64,000 bases of DNA, taken from contig CP051526.1 of NCBI GenBank assembly GCA_050916045.1, forward strand, positions 1,088,001 to 1,152,000, given 5' to 3'. The stretch is from Tepidisphaera sp. Its GTDB lineage: Bacteria > Planctomycetota > Phycisphaerae > Phycisphaerales > UBA1924. Shown here piece by piece: positions 7,592-21,388 of this stretch; the first letter of the stretch is position 1, and every line of letters starts with the position of its first letter. The notes below the pieces were generated by a model. It searched no databases and was not told the DNA's origin. It saw nothing but the letters and a program-made list of their open reading frames with translations. The position numbers and the translations under genes were made by a program.

Positions 7592-9616
7592 TCAGACCAC
7601 CGCGGGAATCCGCTTGACGAACCGCTCCTGCTTTGACAGGATCTCCGTCAGTTGAGGTCGCGGCGACGAGAGCAACTGCGCCGATGTCTTGAACTGCGCC
7701 GCTTCGCTCATCCCGCGAGCCCACCATTCCAGCACCAGGCACTTGTACACCGTCGTCGGTGCCGCGGAGACACGCGTCGTCGGCTTGGCAAGCCACTTCG
7801 CCGCCGATTCCTTCAGCACGCCGTGCTCGACCAGATACCCCTTCGCAAGCTCGGAGTTGTACCGCTGGTTCAGCTTGCCGATCCACTCCGTCACCGGCGG
7901 GGTGAATCCCGACTTCGGCCGGTTCAGGACCCACTCCGGCAGATAGTCCTTGATCACTTCGCGGAACCGCGCCTTGGGCGGCAGCATGTGGTCCGCGCTC
8001 GCTTTGCGAAGCCCGATCGCCGTCTCGACCAGCCGATAGTCGACGAACGGCAAGCGAAGCTCAACCGCCCACGCCATGCTCAGCCGGTCGCCCTGCTGCA
8101 TCCCGTTCTCAAGCAGATACGTCTCGCAGATCGCCTTGGTGATCGCGACGCCCAGATCAGGCCACGGCTGCGGCAACGTGAACCAGTCCTCCGGATTCCG
8201 CCCCGTCATCCGCTCGCAGAATGAGTCCGCGAGGATCCGACGCGTCGCGTACCGCCCCATCTGGAATTCTTCGGCGATGTTGTAGAAATCAAGCACGTTC
8301 GCCGCCGCTCCCGCCGTCGGGTTCAGCGATCGCCAGCCCGAGAGGATCCCGCCCCACAGGAACGCCCAGTTCCTGAGCGATCCACGCGTCAGGTCCGCCG
8401 GGACGATCTTGCGAAGATGAGCGAAGCGGTCCTTCATCGTCCGGGGCAGACGCCCGGCTTTCCGCATCGAGCTCACCACCGCTTCGCGAACCCACCGGTA
8501 ACCCCAGAAAAGCTCGTCGATCCCGTGACCCTGAAGCAGCACGGGGATGTTGTTCTGCCTCGCCAGCCGCGAAAGCGCGTAATACCCGTGCCCCGAAATG
8601 TCCGCGATCGGATCATCCCGCATGAAGTTGCGATCCGCGAAGCAGTCGATCACTTCCTCGACGTTCACCTCGTAATCGTGGAATGGCATCTTCAGGTGGT
8701 CCGCGAGCTGCTTCGCCCGCGCACGCTCGTCGCTGTGCGGTCGTCCCGAGTATCCAATCGACAGCGCGTGGATCTGCCCCGGGCTGTTCTTTGCCGCCAG
8801 CGCCGCGACCATCCCCGAGTCAAGCCCCGCCGAAAGCGCCACGCCCACCGGCACGTCCGACCGGATGATCAGCTTGCCGATCTCTTCCAGCCGCTCGCGG
8901 ATGTGGTCCGCCGGGTTGCCCGCCAGCGCCGGAGCATCCTCCATCCGCCAGTACCGCCGCTCTTCCACGCGCCAGGGGTCAATGTCGACCACCATCATGT
9001 GGCCGGCCGGCAGCTTGCGCACCCCGACGACCGCCGTCGCCGGGTCCGGCACGTACGAGAAGTGGAAATAGTCCCGGATCGCCACCGGATCGCACTCGAA
9101 CTTGATCAGCCCGCTCGCCAGGATCGCCTTCATCTCCGACGCGAAAAGGATCCGCCCCGGCTGGTGGTACAGGTAAAGCGGCTTCTCGCCCATCCGGTCG
9201 CGAACGAGAATCACCCGCCGCAGATTCGAGTCGTACAGCGCGATCGCGTACATCCCGCGGAGTTTGTTCACAAAATCAAGCCCGTACTCCTCGTACGCGT
9301 GCACGATCGTCTCGCAGTCGCTCCCAGTCCGGAACCGATGCCCGCGAGATTCAAGATCGCGTCGAAGCTCGATGTAGTTGTACACCTCGCCGTTGACCAC
9401 CACCCCGATCGACTTGTCTTCGTTGTACAGCGGCTGCCACCCGCCGTTGAGATCGATGATCGCAAGCCGACGCATCGCCAGCAGAACGTTCGGCGCCGAG
9501 AGTTCCCCCTCGCCGTCCGGACCACGATGGAACATCGCGGCGTTGACCGCTCGAACCCGACCGTGATCTTCGGGTGAGAGAGGCGCCTGCCCGATCATCC
9601 CACAGATGCCACACAT
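7592..9616 (-). CDS. asnB: Asparagine synthase (glutamine-hydrolysing) family amidotransferase
   Basis: MCGICG N-terminal Cys, HRGPD, RRLAIIDL, NGEVYNY, RDRMGEKPLY, SAGLDS, RLPFVD. Confidence 0.93.
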   Translation of the reverse strand: MCGICGMIGQAPLSPEDHGRVRAVNAAMFHRGPDGEGELSAPNVLLAMRRLAIIDLNGGWQPLYNEDKSIGVVVNGEVYNYIELRRDLESRGHRFRTGSDCETIVHAYEEYGLDFVNKLRGMYAIALYDSNLRRVILVRDRMGEKPLYLYHQPGRILFASEMKAILASGLIKFECDPVAIRDYFHFSYVPDPATAVVGVRKLPAGHMMVVDIDPWRVEERRYWRMEDAPALAGNPADHIRERLEEIGKLIIRSDVPVGVALSAGLDSGMVAALAAKNSPGQIHALSIGYSGRPHSDERARAKQLADHLKMPFHDYEVNVEEVIDCFADRNFMRDDPIADISGHGYYALSRLARQNNIPVLLQGHGIDELFWGYRWVREAVVSSMRKAGRLPRTMKDRFAHLRKIVPADLTRGSLRNWAFLWGGILSGWRSLNPTAGAAANVLDFYNIAEEFQMGRYATRRILADSFCERMTGRNPEDWFTLPQPWPDLGVAITKAICETYLLENGMQQGDRLSMAWAVELRLPFVDYRLVETAIGLRKASADHMLPPKARFREVIKDYLPEWVLNRPKSGFTPPVTEWIGKLNQRYNSELAKGYLVEHGVLKESAAKWLAKPTTRVSAAPTTVYKCLVLEWWARGMSEAAQFKTSAQLLSSPRPQLTEILSKQERFVKRIPAVV

Positions 9617-9769
9617 GCGCTGGATCCTGGCGGCTCTGCAAAGGCCGGAACAAAGCGGAGACTCAGAGCCGCGGCCACGAACAACCGACCCCCGACGACG
9701 CTGCCGGGGATGACGCTGCGAGCCGCGCGATGTACTACACCCATTTCGACGAGCGGACGCACCCGCATT

Positions 9770-10558
9770 CTACCGCGACTCGAGCGCCGGAAGAAGAATC
9801 GGCTGCTTCAGCGGGCTGATCTCGTACAAAACCAGATCGCCCGTCACTTTCCGGAACATGTGGAGACCCTTCCCCGGCTCCGCCAGCGGCTTGTCGTTCC
9901 GGACCTTGTCCATGATCACGATCAGCTTCGTCTCTCCCTGCGTCGCCAGCAGCACCAGCGTTCCCGGACCCAAGGGTGTTCCCCAGTGGTTCGAGTATCC
10001 CCAGCCTGTCAGCGCAATCCCTGAGTTTGCCGCGAGCGAGGGCACCAGTTTGGTCCCCAGGCGGGATTCCACAAGCTGAGCAAAGAGGTCCGGGTCGTTC
10101 GGGCACACCACCGGCGGCACAAACCCGCCGTCGACCACCGCCGCATACACCTCGCCCGGCGCACGCGGTCCCCGCGGGTCCGCGGGGCTCGGCCTGAAGA
10201 CGTAAACCGCGACCAGGACGCCCACGACCGCCACCGATGCGGCCAATCCCATCCACATCCGACGCGTCCAGGAGCGAGTCGAGGGCCGGATCGAGCCCAA
10301 CACCGCTTTCTCGGACTCGGGCCCCGCGATCCGTGCCGCTATCGAAGCGGCCGCCGCCGACGGCGCGAAAGCTTCGCGAAGCGACGCTTCAATCGACCGC
10401 TGCGCCTCCACCGCCGAACGAAGCTCCGGCTCGCGCGCCAGCCGCGCCTCGAAATCCGCCAGCGCCGGGCCCGAAAGCTCGCCCGCCAGATACGCGTCGA
10501 TCAGCATCATCGCGTCGTCGGGAGTCATCGAATCGGGAGCGGGAACGGAACTGCTCAT
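9770..10558 (-). CDS. Putative anti-sigma factor (single TM)
   Basis: 'LIDAYLAGELS...FEARL' anti-sigma N-terminus, TM 'WMGLAASVAVVGVLVAVY', overlaps ECF sigma stop. Confidence 0.75.
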   Translation of the reverse strand: MSSSVPAPDSMTPDDAMMLIDAYLAGELSGPALADFEARLAREPELRSAVEAQRSIEASLREAFAPSAAAASIAARIAGPESEKAVLGSIRPSTRSWTRRMWMGLAASVAVVGVLVAVYVFRPSPADPRGPRAPGEVYAAVVDGGFVPPVVCPNDPDLFAQLVESRLGTKLVPSLAANSGIALTGWGYSNHWGTPLGPGTLVLLATQGETKLIVIMDKVRNDKPLAEPGKGLHMFRKVTGDLVLYEISPLKQPILLPALESR

Positions 10559-11130
10559 CCTGCCCCTCCTTTCGATGGATCCTCAAGACGCGATGCGAGC
10601 GCCTTGCGAGCGCGGAAAACATGGCTCATCGCCGTACCCTCGGGGATCTCAAGCACCCCCGAAATCTGCTGATAACTCATCTCCGCCACAACGCGCAGAA
10701 GCAGGCACGCACGCACCGTCGGTTCCAGCGTCTCCAAAGCGGTGTTCATCGCAGGGCTGAGCCCCCAAGCCTGCTCCGCCGCGTCGTGTTGCAGATCGTC
10801 CGAGGCATTCTGCCGGAGAATACGTTCGCGCCGGGCCGACGTGCGAGCCGAGTTCATCGCGACGAACCGCACGATCTGGCCCATCCATGCGATGAAGTTC
10901 GTCGTCGGGTTGAACTCCTCGATCTTCCCCAGCGCGATGACGGCCGCTTCCTGCACTGCATCCTCCGCGCCGGCCCGGTCACGCGAAACCGACGCGGCGA
11001 TGCACCACAACGCGCGCGACGACTCACGAAACCGCTCGGCAAACTGCTCGCGTGACAACACGCCTCCCGCCCCGCCCGCCTCTCGTGCGGTGGGGTTCTG
11101 TGCGGAAATGTCGGGAAGAGCTGGGTTCAT
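10555..11130 (-). CDS. ECF sigma-70 factor
   Basis: AEDAVQEA region 2; MSYQQISGVLEIPEGTAMSHVFRARK region 4. Confidence 0.92.
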   Translation of the reverse strand: MNPALPDISAQNPTAREAGGAGGVLSREQFAERFRESSRALWCIAASVSRDRAGAEDAVQEAAVIALGKIEEFNPTTNFIAWMGQIVRFVAMNSARTSARRERILRQNASDDLQHDAAEQAWGLSPAMNTALETLEPTVRACLLLRVVAEMSYQQISGVLEIPEGTAMSHVFRARKALASRLEDPSKGGAG

Positions 11131-11302
11131 TGCACGAGGAGAACACCTCCGCCGGATCAGGGGGATCCGCCGAACGGTTTCTGAAGGGTTTGTCCGAGAA
11201 TCCTGAAATCAAGTCCCCGGACGAGACATCGTCTGGTGCCTGGCGAGATCCCGCCACGGGCCCAATCCACGACCCGCGACCCCGCGAAGGAAGAGCGAGG
11301 AG

Positions 11303-11344
11303 GAACCGGCCGGTTGAGTTTCTCGCCGGCCGGTTCTCGTTTTT
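11303..11344. terminator. Putative intrinsic terminator hairpin
   Basis: gaaccggccgg...ccggccggttc stem at the 3' end of the HAD gene. Confidence 0.55.
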
Positions 11345-12075
11345 CACCCGACCTCTACCCCGAGCGCCTCCGCCAGCGCCCGCAAGCTCGGCACCTCGAA
11401 CGTCGGCTTGGGGACGTCCGTGACGGGCGCTCCGCTGGCTCCAAAGCCGCGCGGCCCCCGCCGATTGATCCACGCCGTCGGCATCCCCATCTCGGTCGCC
11501 GGCACCACGTCATGCACGACGCTCTCCGCCACATGGAGCACACGCTCGGCCGGCAGATCAAGCAGCGCGAGGCCCACGCGGAAGTGCCGCGGGTCGGGCT
11601 TGTAGCTGCGACAGGCCTCCGCGGTCACCACCTCCGCCAGCGGCGCGCCAAGCTTCGGCAAGACCGCTTCGAACAGATCGCCATCCACGTTCGAAAGCAC
11701 CGCGAGCCGGTACCGGCCCGACAACGCCGCAAGCACCGGCGCCGTATCCGCGAACGCAGGCCAGCGGGCCAGCGACTGCGGAAGCCTCTCCACCTCGCGG
11801 TCGACGAACGCTTTCCCGAAGTGCTCGCCGATCCCCATCATCACGTTCCGAAGCACATCCTTGTAGCAGACAAACGCCGTCGCCCGATCCGCCGTCGCCG
11901 CAGCTTCCTGCTCGCGCTCGAGCAACGCGAAAAGCCCAAGAATCTCATCGTCACCCGCCCGCACCCCGTGCACCGAAAGCACCGGCTTGACCGCTTGCAG
12001 AATCCCCGCTTCCCAGTCGATGAGCGTGCCAAAGCAGTCAAACGTCAGAGCCTCGATGCGATGCAGGTCAAGCAT
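11344..12075 (-). CDS. HAD-superfamily hydrolase (haloacid dehalogenase type II-like)
   Basis: LTFDCFGTLIDWE motif I, LSNVD, SYKPD, HVAESVVHDV. Confidence 0.9.
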   Translation of the reverse strand: MLDLHRIEALTFDCFGTLIDWEAGILQAVKPVLSVHGVRAGDDEILGLFALLEREQEAAATADRATAFVCYKDVLRNVMMGIGEHFGKAFVDREVERLPQSLARWPAFADTAPVLAALSGRYRLAVLSNVDGDLFEAVLPKLGAPLAEVVTAEACRSYKPDPRHFRVGLALLDLPAERVLHVAESVVHDVVPATEMGMPTAWINRRGPRGFGASGAPVTDVPKPTFEVPSLRALAEALGVEVG

Positions 12076-12129
12076 CCCAGACTCTACGATCCCGCAGCGC
12101 CAGCAAGGGTCTTCGCGACGGGAGGAAGT

Positions 12130-12162
12130 AAAAAGGCCCGGCCTCACGCGAGGCCGGGCCTT
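12130..12162 (-). terminator. Rho-independent terminator
   Basis: aaggcccggcctc-acgc-gaggccgggcctt stem with U-tract on the minus strand, downstream of prolyl oligopeptidase. Confidence 0.75.
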
Positions 12163-12221
12163 GGATTGATCGGTCGTCAAACTCGAGATCACCCTCGCTG
12201 GCGCGTCGGGCTCTGAAGGGG

Positions 12222-14543
<2,322 letters not shown>

Positions 14544-14712
14544 CTGTATTTCTCCAGTGAAATGACCGAACCTATGGGCGTACCGCTCGCCCGGGCATTG
14601 GATGCCCCGAAGGGCTTCCCGGGCGAGGAATCCGTGAGCGTAAGCCTGCTTTGTCCGCCAACGCAAGCCCCCGAGCGGGCCACCCCCCGCCCGGCTTGCG
14701 ACCACCCCGGAC

Positions 14713-15693
14713 CTACTGCACCAACCCCTTCGTCAGCCGCATGAACGCCGTCTCCAGGTTCACGGGCTCCTCCATGAACTTCGTCACCCGGAACCCCTTG
14801 TTCACCAGCACGTTCGGCAGGTCGTAGTACTGCATCGCCCCGCCCGAAGCACCCGCGCTCGCCGCTTCGTCAAAGTCGACCTGGATGATCTTCGTCACCC
14901 GGTCGTTGACGTCCGCATCCTGCACCGCCACCTTCTTGACCCCGGGGAACTGCTGGATCAGCTTCGCCGCTTCCTCCGTCCGGTCCAGCACCGCCACGTG
15001 CACCACATGCCCCATCTTCGCCCGGCGCACGATCTCCGCGACCGGCCCGTTGAACAAAAGCTGCCCGCGCTCGATGATCCCCACCACGTTGCACAACTCC
15101 GCCAGTTCCGGCAGGATGTGCGAAGAGATCAGGATCGTCTTCCCCATCCGCCGAAGCTCCTTCAAGAGCTCGCGCATCTCGATACGCGCCCGAGGATCAA
15201 GACCGCTCGCCGGCTCGTCCATCAGCAGCACCTTTGGATCGTGCAGAAGCACGCGGGCGACGGAAAGCCGCTGCTGCATACCGCGCGACAACCCGTTCAC
15301 CTCGGCGGTCGCTTTGTACGTCAGCTCCGTGAGCTCAAGAACATCCTTCACGACCTTCTTCCGCTGCGACCCGTGGATGTTGTACGCCGCGGCGAAGAAC
15401 TCGAGATACTCCGTGACCACCATGTCCTCGTACGCACCCATGAAGTCCGGAACGTACCCGATCATCGGGCGGATCTGCCGGTTCTGATACCCCACCGTCA
15501 GCCCCGCGACGTTCGCCTGACCGCTGCTCGGCTTGAGAAGCGTCGCCAGGATCTTGATCGTCGTCGTCTTCCCCGCTCCGTTGGGCCCGATGAAGCCGAA
15601 GCAGTCCCCCTCGTTGATCGTCAGGTTCAGGTTGTTGAGCGCGACGAGCTCGCCGTAGCGCTTGGTCAGGTTGATCGTTTCGATCATCGGCAC
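14713..15693 (-). CDS. ABC transporter ATP-binding protein
   Basis: GPNGAGKTT, LSRGMQQR, LMDEPASGLDP, SSH. Confidence 0.95.
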   Translation of the reverse strand: MPMIETINLTKRYGELVALNNLNLTINEGDCFGFIGPNGAGKTTTIKILATLLKPSSGQANVAGLTVGYQNRQIRPMIGYVPDFMGAYEDMVVTEYLEFFAAAYNIHGSQRKKVVKDVLELTELTYKATAEVNGLSRGMQQRLSVARVLLHDPKVLLMDEPASGLDPRARIEMRELLKELRRMGKTILISSHILPELAELCNVVGIIERGQLLFNGPVAEIVRRAKMGHVVHVAVLDRTEEAAKLIQQFPGVKKVAVQDADVNDRVTKIIQVDFDEAASAGASGGAMQYYDLPNVLVNKGFRVTKFMEEPVNLETAFMRLTKGLVQ

Positions 15694-15747
15694 GTGTGGT
15701 TCGCTCCCGGGCGGATGCCCGTGTTGGTCGTCGTTGAAACTGAAGCG

Positions 15748-18276
15748 TCAGCGCGGGGCTTCGATATCCTTCGCGTCCGCCGGGGACCCGTCCGCGGGCG
15801 CCGCGATCCCCGAAGACCCGCCCCACGTCGGAGGCGTTGCCGGCAGGGGATAGATCCAGCGAACCCACGTCGTCCCCTCCGACGCGAGTGCTTCCCCATC
15901 GACAAAGAGCGGCGTCGGCGTCGCTCCCTTGAGTTCGCCCAGAATGATCACGCACGGCTGCGTGAACCATCTCGATGCATCCCACACCTGCCCGAACTGA
16001 CGCCGCGCGATGAACCGCCGTTCGTCGCTCACCGCTCCCTTGTCGCCAAGCCGCGGCGGCCCAAGCTGCCCCAGCGCGGTCAGAAGCTGCATCCGACGGC
16101 TCATCGTGAACGTGCTTCCCTCTTCCATCAGCCCCGCAGCAAAGCCCGCCGACTCCGCCAGCCGGTCAAGATACGTCGAAAGCGAGGAATCCACGCGGTT
16201 CTTCGCCGCTTCCCCGTCCAGCACCGAAAGATCAAGCGTCGCCCCCGGGCCCCACGCTTGCGTCCGATTCATCACCCACCCGCCCGAAACCGTCCCACGC
16301 CATCCTTCCGTCAGGTCCGGGCGCGACGCGATCGGACGCTGGCCCGGGAAGTACATCACGGTGATGCTTGTCAATTCCCCCGGCAGGTCGTGCTTCAGCC
16401 GGCCCGTCAGACGCCCATTCTCCGACTTCAGCTCGCCGCCGAGCTCGTCCGCGTCCGTCACCGGGTACGGCGTCCGCCACAGCGTCCCGCCCACCCACTC
16501 AACCTGAAGCTGCTTGACCGTCGATCGCGCCGGGAACGAGATCGTCGAAGGATTCGTCACGTCAAAGCTGTAATCCCGCGTGTCCGGGAACGCCGACTCG
16601 GCGCCTGCACCCTGCCGACCGCTCGTCCACGGAGCGATCGTGTTGCGAAGCTCGCGCTTGGCTCCAACCTCAAGGCGGCCGTCCATCCCGCCGACCCCCA
16701 CGCGGGCTTCCCCATACCACGGCAGCATCACGCTCAGCCATGTCCGCGAACGCGTGTACGACTGCCCGTGAACATGCTCGAAAAGCGTCAGGTGGCTCGC
16801 TTTCGTCTCGCCCGGCTTGATCAGCCACGCCCCGCCCCACGCAATCAGCGTGAACAGCCCCGCAAACCCCGTGAACGCAAGCCACGAATGCCGCGCCAGC
16901 CCGAGCTTGCGAAGCACCGCGTAGCTCACCGGCCCCGCCAGCGCCCAGTACAGCACGAAGACGATCAGACCCAGCAAGACGCCCGTCACCGCACGCTGCG
17001 ACTGCTCGCCCTTGGCCATCTCCTCCGGGAACTTCTCATCGATGACCACCGTGCTCCGCGAGAACTGCTGCGTCGCGCCCGCCGACTCCTGCGCCGTCAG
17101 CAGCTGCCCGCGCGTCCCGAGGATGCGGTGCCAGAAAACGTCCGCGTCGATCTGGATCGAGCTCTGACGCGTCAGGTCCAGCCCGATCACCGTGATCGCT
17201 CCGCTCCCCACCGATCGACGCACCGCGATGCAGTCCCCGCCCGGCCCGCTCAGGATCGGCACCGCTTTCGCCGCCGACACCCCGTCCCGAAGCTTGAACT
17301 CGTGCACGATCCCCTTCAGCGCATCCGCTCCAAACCGCGTGCTCGATCGCGTCAGAAGCGGGCCGTACGGCGTGAGATCCACCCCGTCCCGCCGCGTCAC
17401 ATCCACCTCCGGCATCAGGTCCGCAAGCTCGTGACCCACAGGTCCAAGCCACGTCTGACCCGCGCTCGGAAGCACCACCACAAGGTGTCCCCCGTGCAGG
17501 ATCCACTCCCGCACCGCCTGGGCGTACGCTCCGCGAAGCTCACCCGGCTCCCCAGACGTCCACACCATCGTCGAGATCGGCGCCAGGCCGATCCAGCTGT
17601 CGGGAAGCTCCGCCACCGTCCGCGCCTCGACGATCTGCATCGGCTCATGCAGGAAAAGCATCGAAGCCGCCGAGGTCGATGCCGACGCGAACCGATTCAG
17701 CCCCGCCGCGTGCGGACCCACCCGAAGCAGAAGCGGCACATCCGGTTCCAGAATCGAGAGCGATCGCCCCGTGCTCGATCGCGAATCCCCAAGCTCAATC
17801 TTCGCCAGAGGCTGATCCAGAATCGCCGCATCAAGCCCGCCGTCGCCCGCGATCGGGTACACGCCAAGCCACATCGAGTTCCCCGCCGCTCCAAGCGGCA
17901 GCCACGCGTACACCCACACCGGCTGCGCCACCCCCGGCGTCAGCGGCACCACCCGCCCGGGCGCGAAGTAATCCCCATCCGCATCGCGCATCACCAGCCG
18001 GACCGCCACGTTCCGCCGGGTCACCGACGTGTCCGTGATCCGCACACGCACCCCGACCATCCCGCCCTCGCGAGCCAGCCCGCCCACGCCCGCCATGTCC
18101 ACCTCGACCTTCAGCCCGGCGGTCGTCACTCCGGAACCGGGGGTTGGGGTCGGGTTCGGGTTCGCCGGCTGTCCCCACGCGGGCCGCCCGGCCAAGAAAG
18201 CGATCAGAAGAAGCAGGGAAAGGACCGAGAGTCCGGTCCGGAATGGCCTGCGCGGGGTGTTCCATGGAAGGTGCAC
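15748..18276 (-). CDS. Large membrane-anchored protein associated with the ABC ATPase
   Basis: Signal peptide, GATase-like 'AVREWILHGGHLVV' segment, two TM helices; directly upstream of the ATPase gene. Confidence 0.7.
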   Translation of the reverse strand: MHLPWNTPRRPFRTGLSVLSLLLLIAFLAGRPAWGQPANPNPTPTPGSGVTTAGLKVEVDMAGVGGLAREGGMVGVRVRITDTSVTRRNVAVRLVMRDADGDYFAPGRVVPLTPGVAQPVWVYAWLPLGAAGNSMWLGVYPIAGDGGLDAAILDQPLAKIELGDSRSSTGRSLSILEPDVPLLLRVGPHAAGLNRFASASTSAASMLFLHEPMQIVEARTVAELPDSWIGLAPISTMVWTSGEPGELRGAYAQAVREWILHGGHLVVVLPSAGQTWLGPVGHELADLMPEVDVTRRDGVDLTPYGPLLTRSSTRFGADALKGIVHEFKLRDGVSAAKAVPILSGPGGDCIAVRRSVGSGAITVIGLDLTRQSSIQIDADVFWHRILGTRGQLLTAQESAGATQQFSRSTVVIDEKFPEEMAKGEQSQRAVTGVLLGLIVFVLYWALAGPVSYAVLRKLGLARHSWLAFTGFAGLFTLIAWGGAWLIKPGETKASHLTLFEHVHGQSYTRSRTWLSVMLPWYGEARVGVGGMDGRLEVGAKRELRNTIAPWTSGRQGAGAESAFPDTRDYSFDVTNPSTISFPARSTVKQLQVEWVGGTLWRTPYPVTDADELGGELKSENGRLTGRLKHDLPGELTSITVMYFPGQRPIASRPDLTEGWRGTVSGGWVMNRTQAWGPGATLDLSVLDGEAAKNRVDSSLSTYLDRLAESAGFAAGLMEEGSTFTMSRRMQLLTALGQLGPPRLGDKGAVSDERRFIARRQFGQVWDASRWFTQPCVIILGELKGATPTPLFVDGEALASEGTTWVRWIYPLPATPPTWGGSSGIAAPADGSPADAKDIEAPR

Positions 18277-18332
18277 GTCAGCATTCTACTGGCAATCAAG
18301 GCGGGGGGTTCCTCCGCCGATGCCTTCCCACG

Positions 18333-18542
18333 ATGCTTTCGCCGGAAACACAAGCCGCCCTGACCCTTGCGATCGCTGTCGGCGCGGCCTGGGCCGTCCT
18401 CCACGTCACCGCCGTCTTCATGAAGCACCAAGCCGACGTCGCCGAACTCCATCGCAAGGTCCGCCAGCTCCGCGACGACTACATCCGACGGACCAAGTCC
18501 AAGCGCGAAGAGCAGATCCTGGAAGTCGGCGAAGCCGCCTGA
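18333..18542 (+). CDS. Small single-TM hypothetical protein
   Basis: MLSPETQAALTLAIAVGAAWAVLHV... then coiled-coil; host-like codons. Confidence 0.6.
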   Translation: MLSPETQAALTLAIAVGAAWAVLHVTAVFMKHQADVAELHRKVRQLRDDYIRRTKSKREEQILEVGEAA

Positions 18543-18685
18543 TCACCCCGCTTGCGGCTCCGTTCTTCGCGTCTCGCGTTGACTCACACGATCGCCCGAC
18601 GACGGGATCGCCTTGGCAAGGACCACCGCCAGCGGGTATGCTGCGACAGACTCCCCGCGCCGGGGCGTCTTCACGAGGTCCTCCC

Positions 18686-20008
<1,323 letters not shown>

Positions 20009-20019
20009 GGAGCACCCCA

Positions 20020-20042
20020 GTAGCACGGGCTTCCAGCCCGTG
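20020..20042 (+). repeat. GTAG-family REP element
   Basis: GTAG followed by hairpin CACGGGC-TTCCA-GCCCGTG just after a stop codon. Confidence 0.65.
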
Positions 20043-20056
20043 GCGAGGCGCCGCAC

Positions 20057-20899
20057 GTGCCAAGTCGATCAAAAAAGTCGAATCGATCGTGGTCACGACG
20101 TCTCAGTGAGTTCATTTTTGACCCTGATCCACCGACGTGGATGTCGAGTGGTGTGGTCTTCCTCGCCGCAATTGTTTGGATCGTTTTTGCCGCGCCAAGC
20201 AAGCCCGTTTCCATGAAGCACAGCACCATGCGAGTCCAAGCGCACCTCACGCCAGCAGGGACGTGGTCATCGCCGCCAGTGCCCGGACGAGTCGGTGACA
20301 TCGACGCCACGATCCACTTCAAACGAGAGACTCACACCTTCTGGTCGTCCGTCGAATACTCAATCTTCATCATGTCCGCGTCCGCGAACGGCGTCCCGAT
20401 GCAGACCGCGCAGGTGCTGGCTGCATGGAACCAGCGTTTGGACGCGGGAGATACCCGATGGGCCTCGTCCGAAGGCGATTCACTGAGTATCGCGGAGCAG
20501 AAAGCGGTGCTCGCCGCCCTCGCCGCCCGAGAAGCAGCCCGCGCGGCGGCAATCGCGCCGGGTGCCGCCACAAGAAGATCCCTCGGTGACCCGCTTTTCA
20601 TCGCAACGCCTCCTTACATGCGATGGGTCGCGCACGCGAACTGGGTTATCCCCGTGTCGCTCATCCTGCTTTCCCTCGTCCTCGCGGTCGGGCGTGCCGG
20701 GCGAAGAGCCGCGATCCGCGCTCGATTCGTGCGCCTCAAGTCTGGTGTATGCCCGGAATGCGGCTACTTGCGAAGCGGAATCGCGGATGACGCCGTATGC
20801 CCGGAGTGCGGTGAGGACCCCGTCGAGGCTCTCGACGCCGCTGTGCGGGAGAGGCAAAGGCTGATGGGGGCGAAACTACCGGCCAGCCCGCAGGGCTGA
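20057..20899 (+). CDS. Membrane protein with C-terminal double-CPxCG zinc ribbon
   Basis: Two TM segments; CPECGYLRSGIADDAVCPECG. Confidence 0.7.
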   Translation: MPSRSKKSNRSWSRRLSEFIFDPDPPTWMSSGVVFLAAIVWIVFAAPSKPVSMKHSTMRVQAHLTPAGTWSSPPVPGRVGDIDATIHFKRETHTFWSSVEYSIFIMSASANGVPMQTAQVLAAWNQRLDAGDTRWASSEGDSLSIAEQKAVLAALAAREAARAAAIAPGAATRRSLGDPLFIATPPYMRWVAHANWVIPVSLILLSLVLAVGRAGRRAAIRARFVRLKSGVCPECGYLRSGIADDAVCPECGEDPVEALDAAVRERQRLMGAKLPASPQG

Positions 20900-20994
20900 T
20901 CGAAAGGAGCCGGGGGCAAAGCCCCCGGTGATGACGCAAGTCCAGTTGGCACCCTGCAAGGCTGCAGTTTCCTCCGCGTCCCGCCCCACACTCG

Positions 20995-21387
20995 CTAGAG
21001 AACGAAGAAAACGGGTCGGTTGCTCGCGTGCGCCTCGGCAAGCAGACTCCTCAGCTGTTTCCAAAGCTCAAGCTTCGGCCCCTCACATCTCCCCCGCATC
21101 ACTGCCTCCGCCGCACGAATTGCGCCCTCGGCTTGATGTGCCTCCAACACCACTTCCTCATGCTCGTCGATGCGAAGCCCGCAAGCCGCGTTGATCGCAG
21201 GCAACGCCCCGGACTGCCAAAGGTGCAGAAACCCGGCATCTCCAAGCGGAAGTACACGCGCGTTGGCCGTCGAACTCGTCCACCACGTTCGAAACATCGC
21301 CTCCGTGGAGTCATCCAGCGGAATGCACACGCCTTGCCGATAAACCTCACTCAGTTGCTGAAGCGGCGGTCCAGATTCGATATCCAA
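20995..21387 (-). CDS. Hypothetical protein
   Basis: TTG start 1 nt after the upstream stop, with GAGG RBS; globular-looking 130 aa. Confidence 0.6.
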   Translation of the reverse strand: MDIESGPPLQQLSEVYRQGVCIPLDDSTEAMFRTWWTSSTANARVLPLGDAGFLHLWQSGALPAINAACGLRIDEHEEVVLEAHQAEGAIRAAEAVMRGRCEGPKLELWKQLRSLLAEAHASNRPVFFVL

Positions 21388-21388
21388 G

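Noticed and set aside
7592..9616. asnB as a lasso-peptide cyclase
   Set aside because: It keeps the intact N-terminal Cys glutaminase domain and has no adjacent B protein or precursor peptide.
14998..18363. 1121-aa plus-strand ORF and similar long ORFs (e.g. 26666-28861, 28798-30966, 47210-49168, 24280-26700)
   Set aside because: Arg/Pro-rich antisense shadows of well-supported genes, as expected in high-GC DNA.
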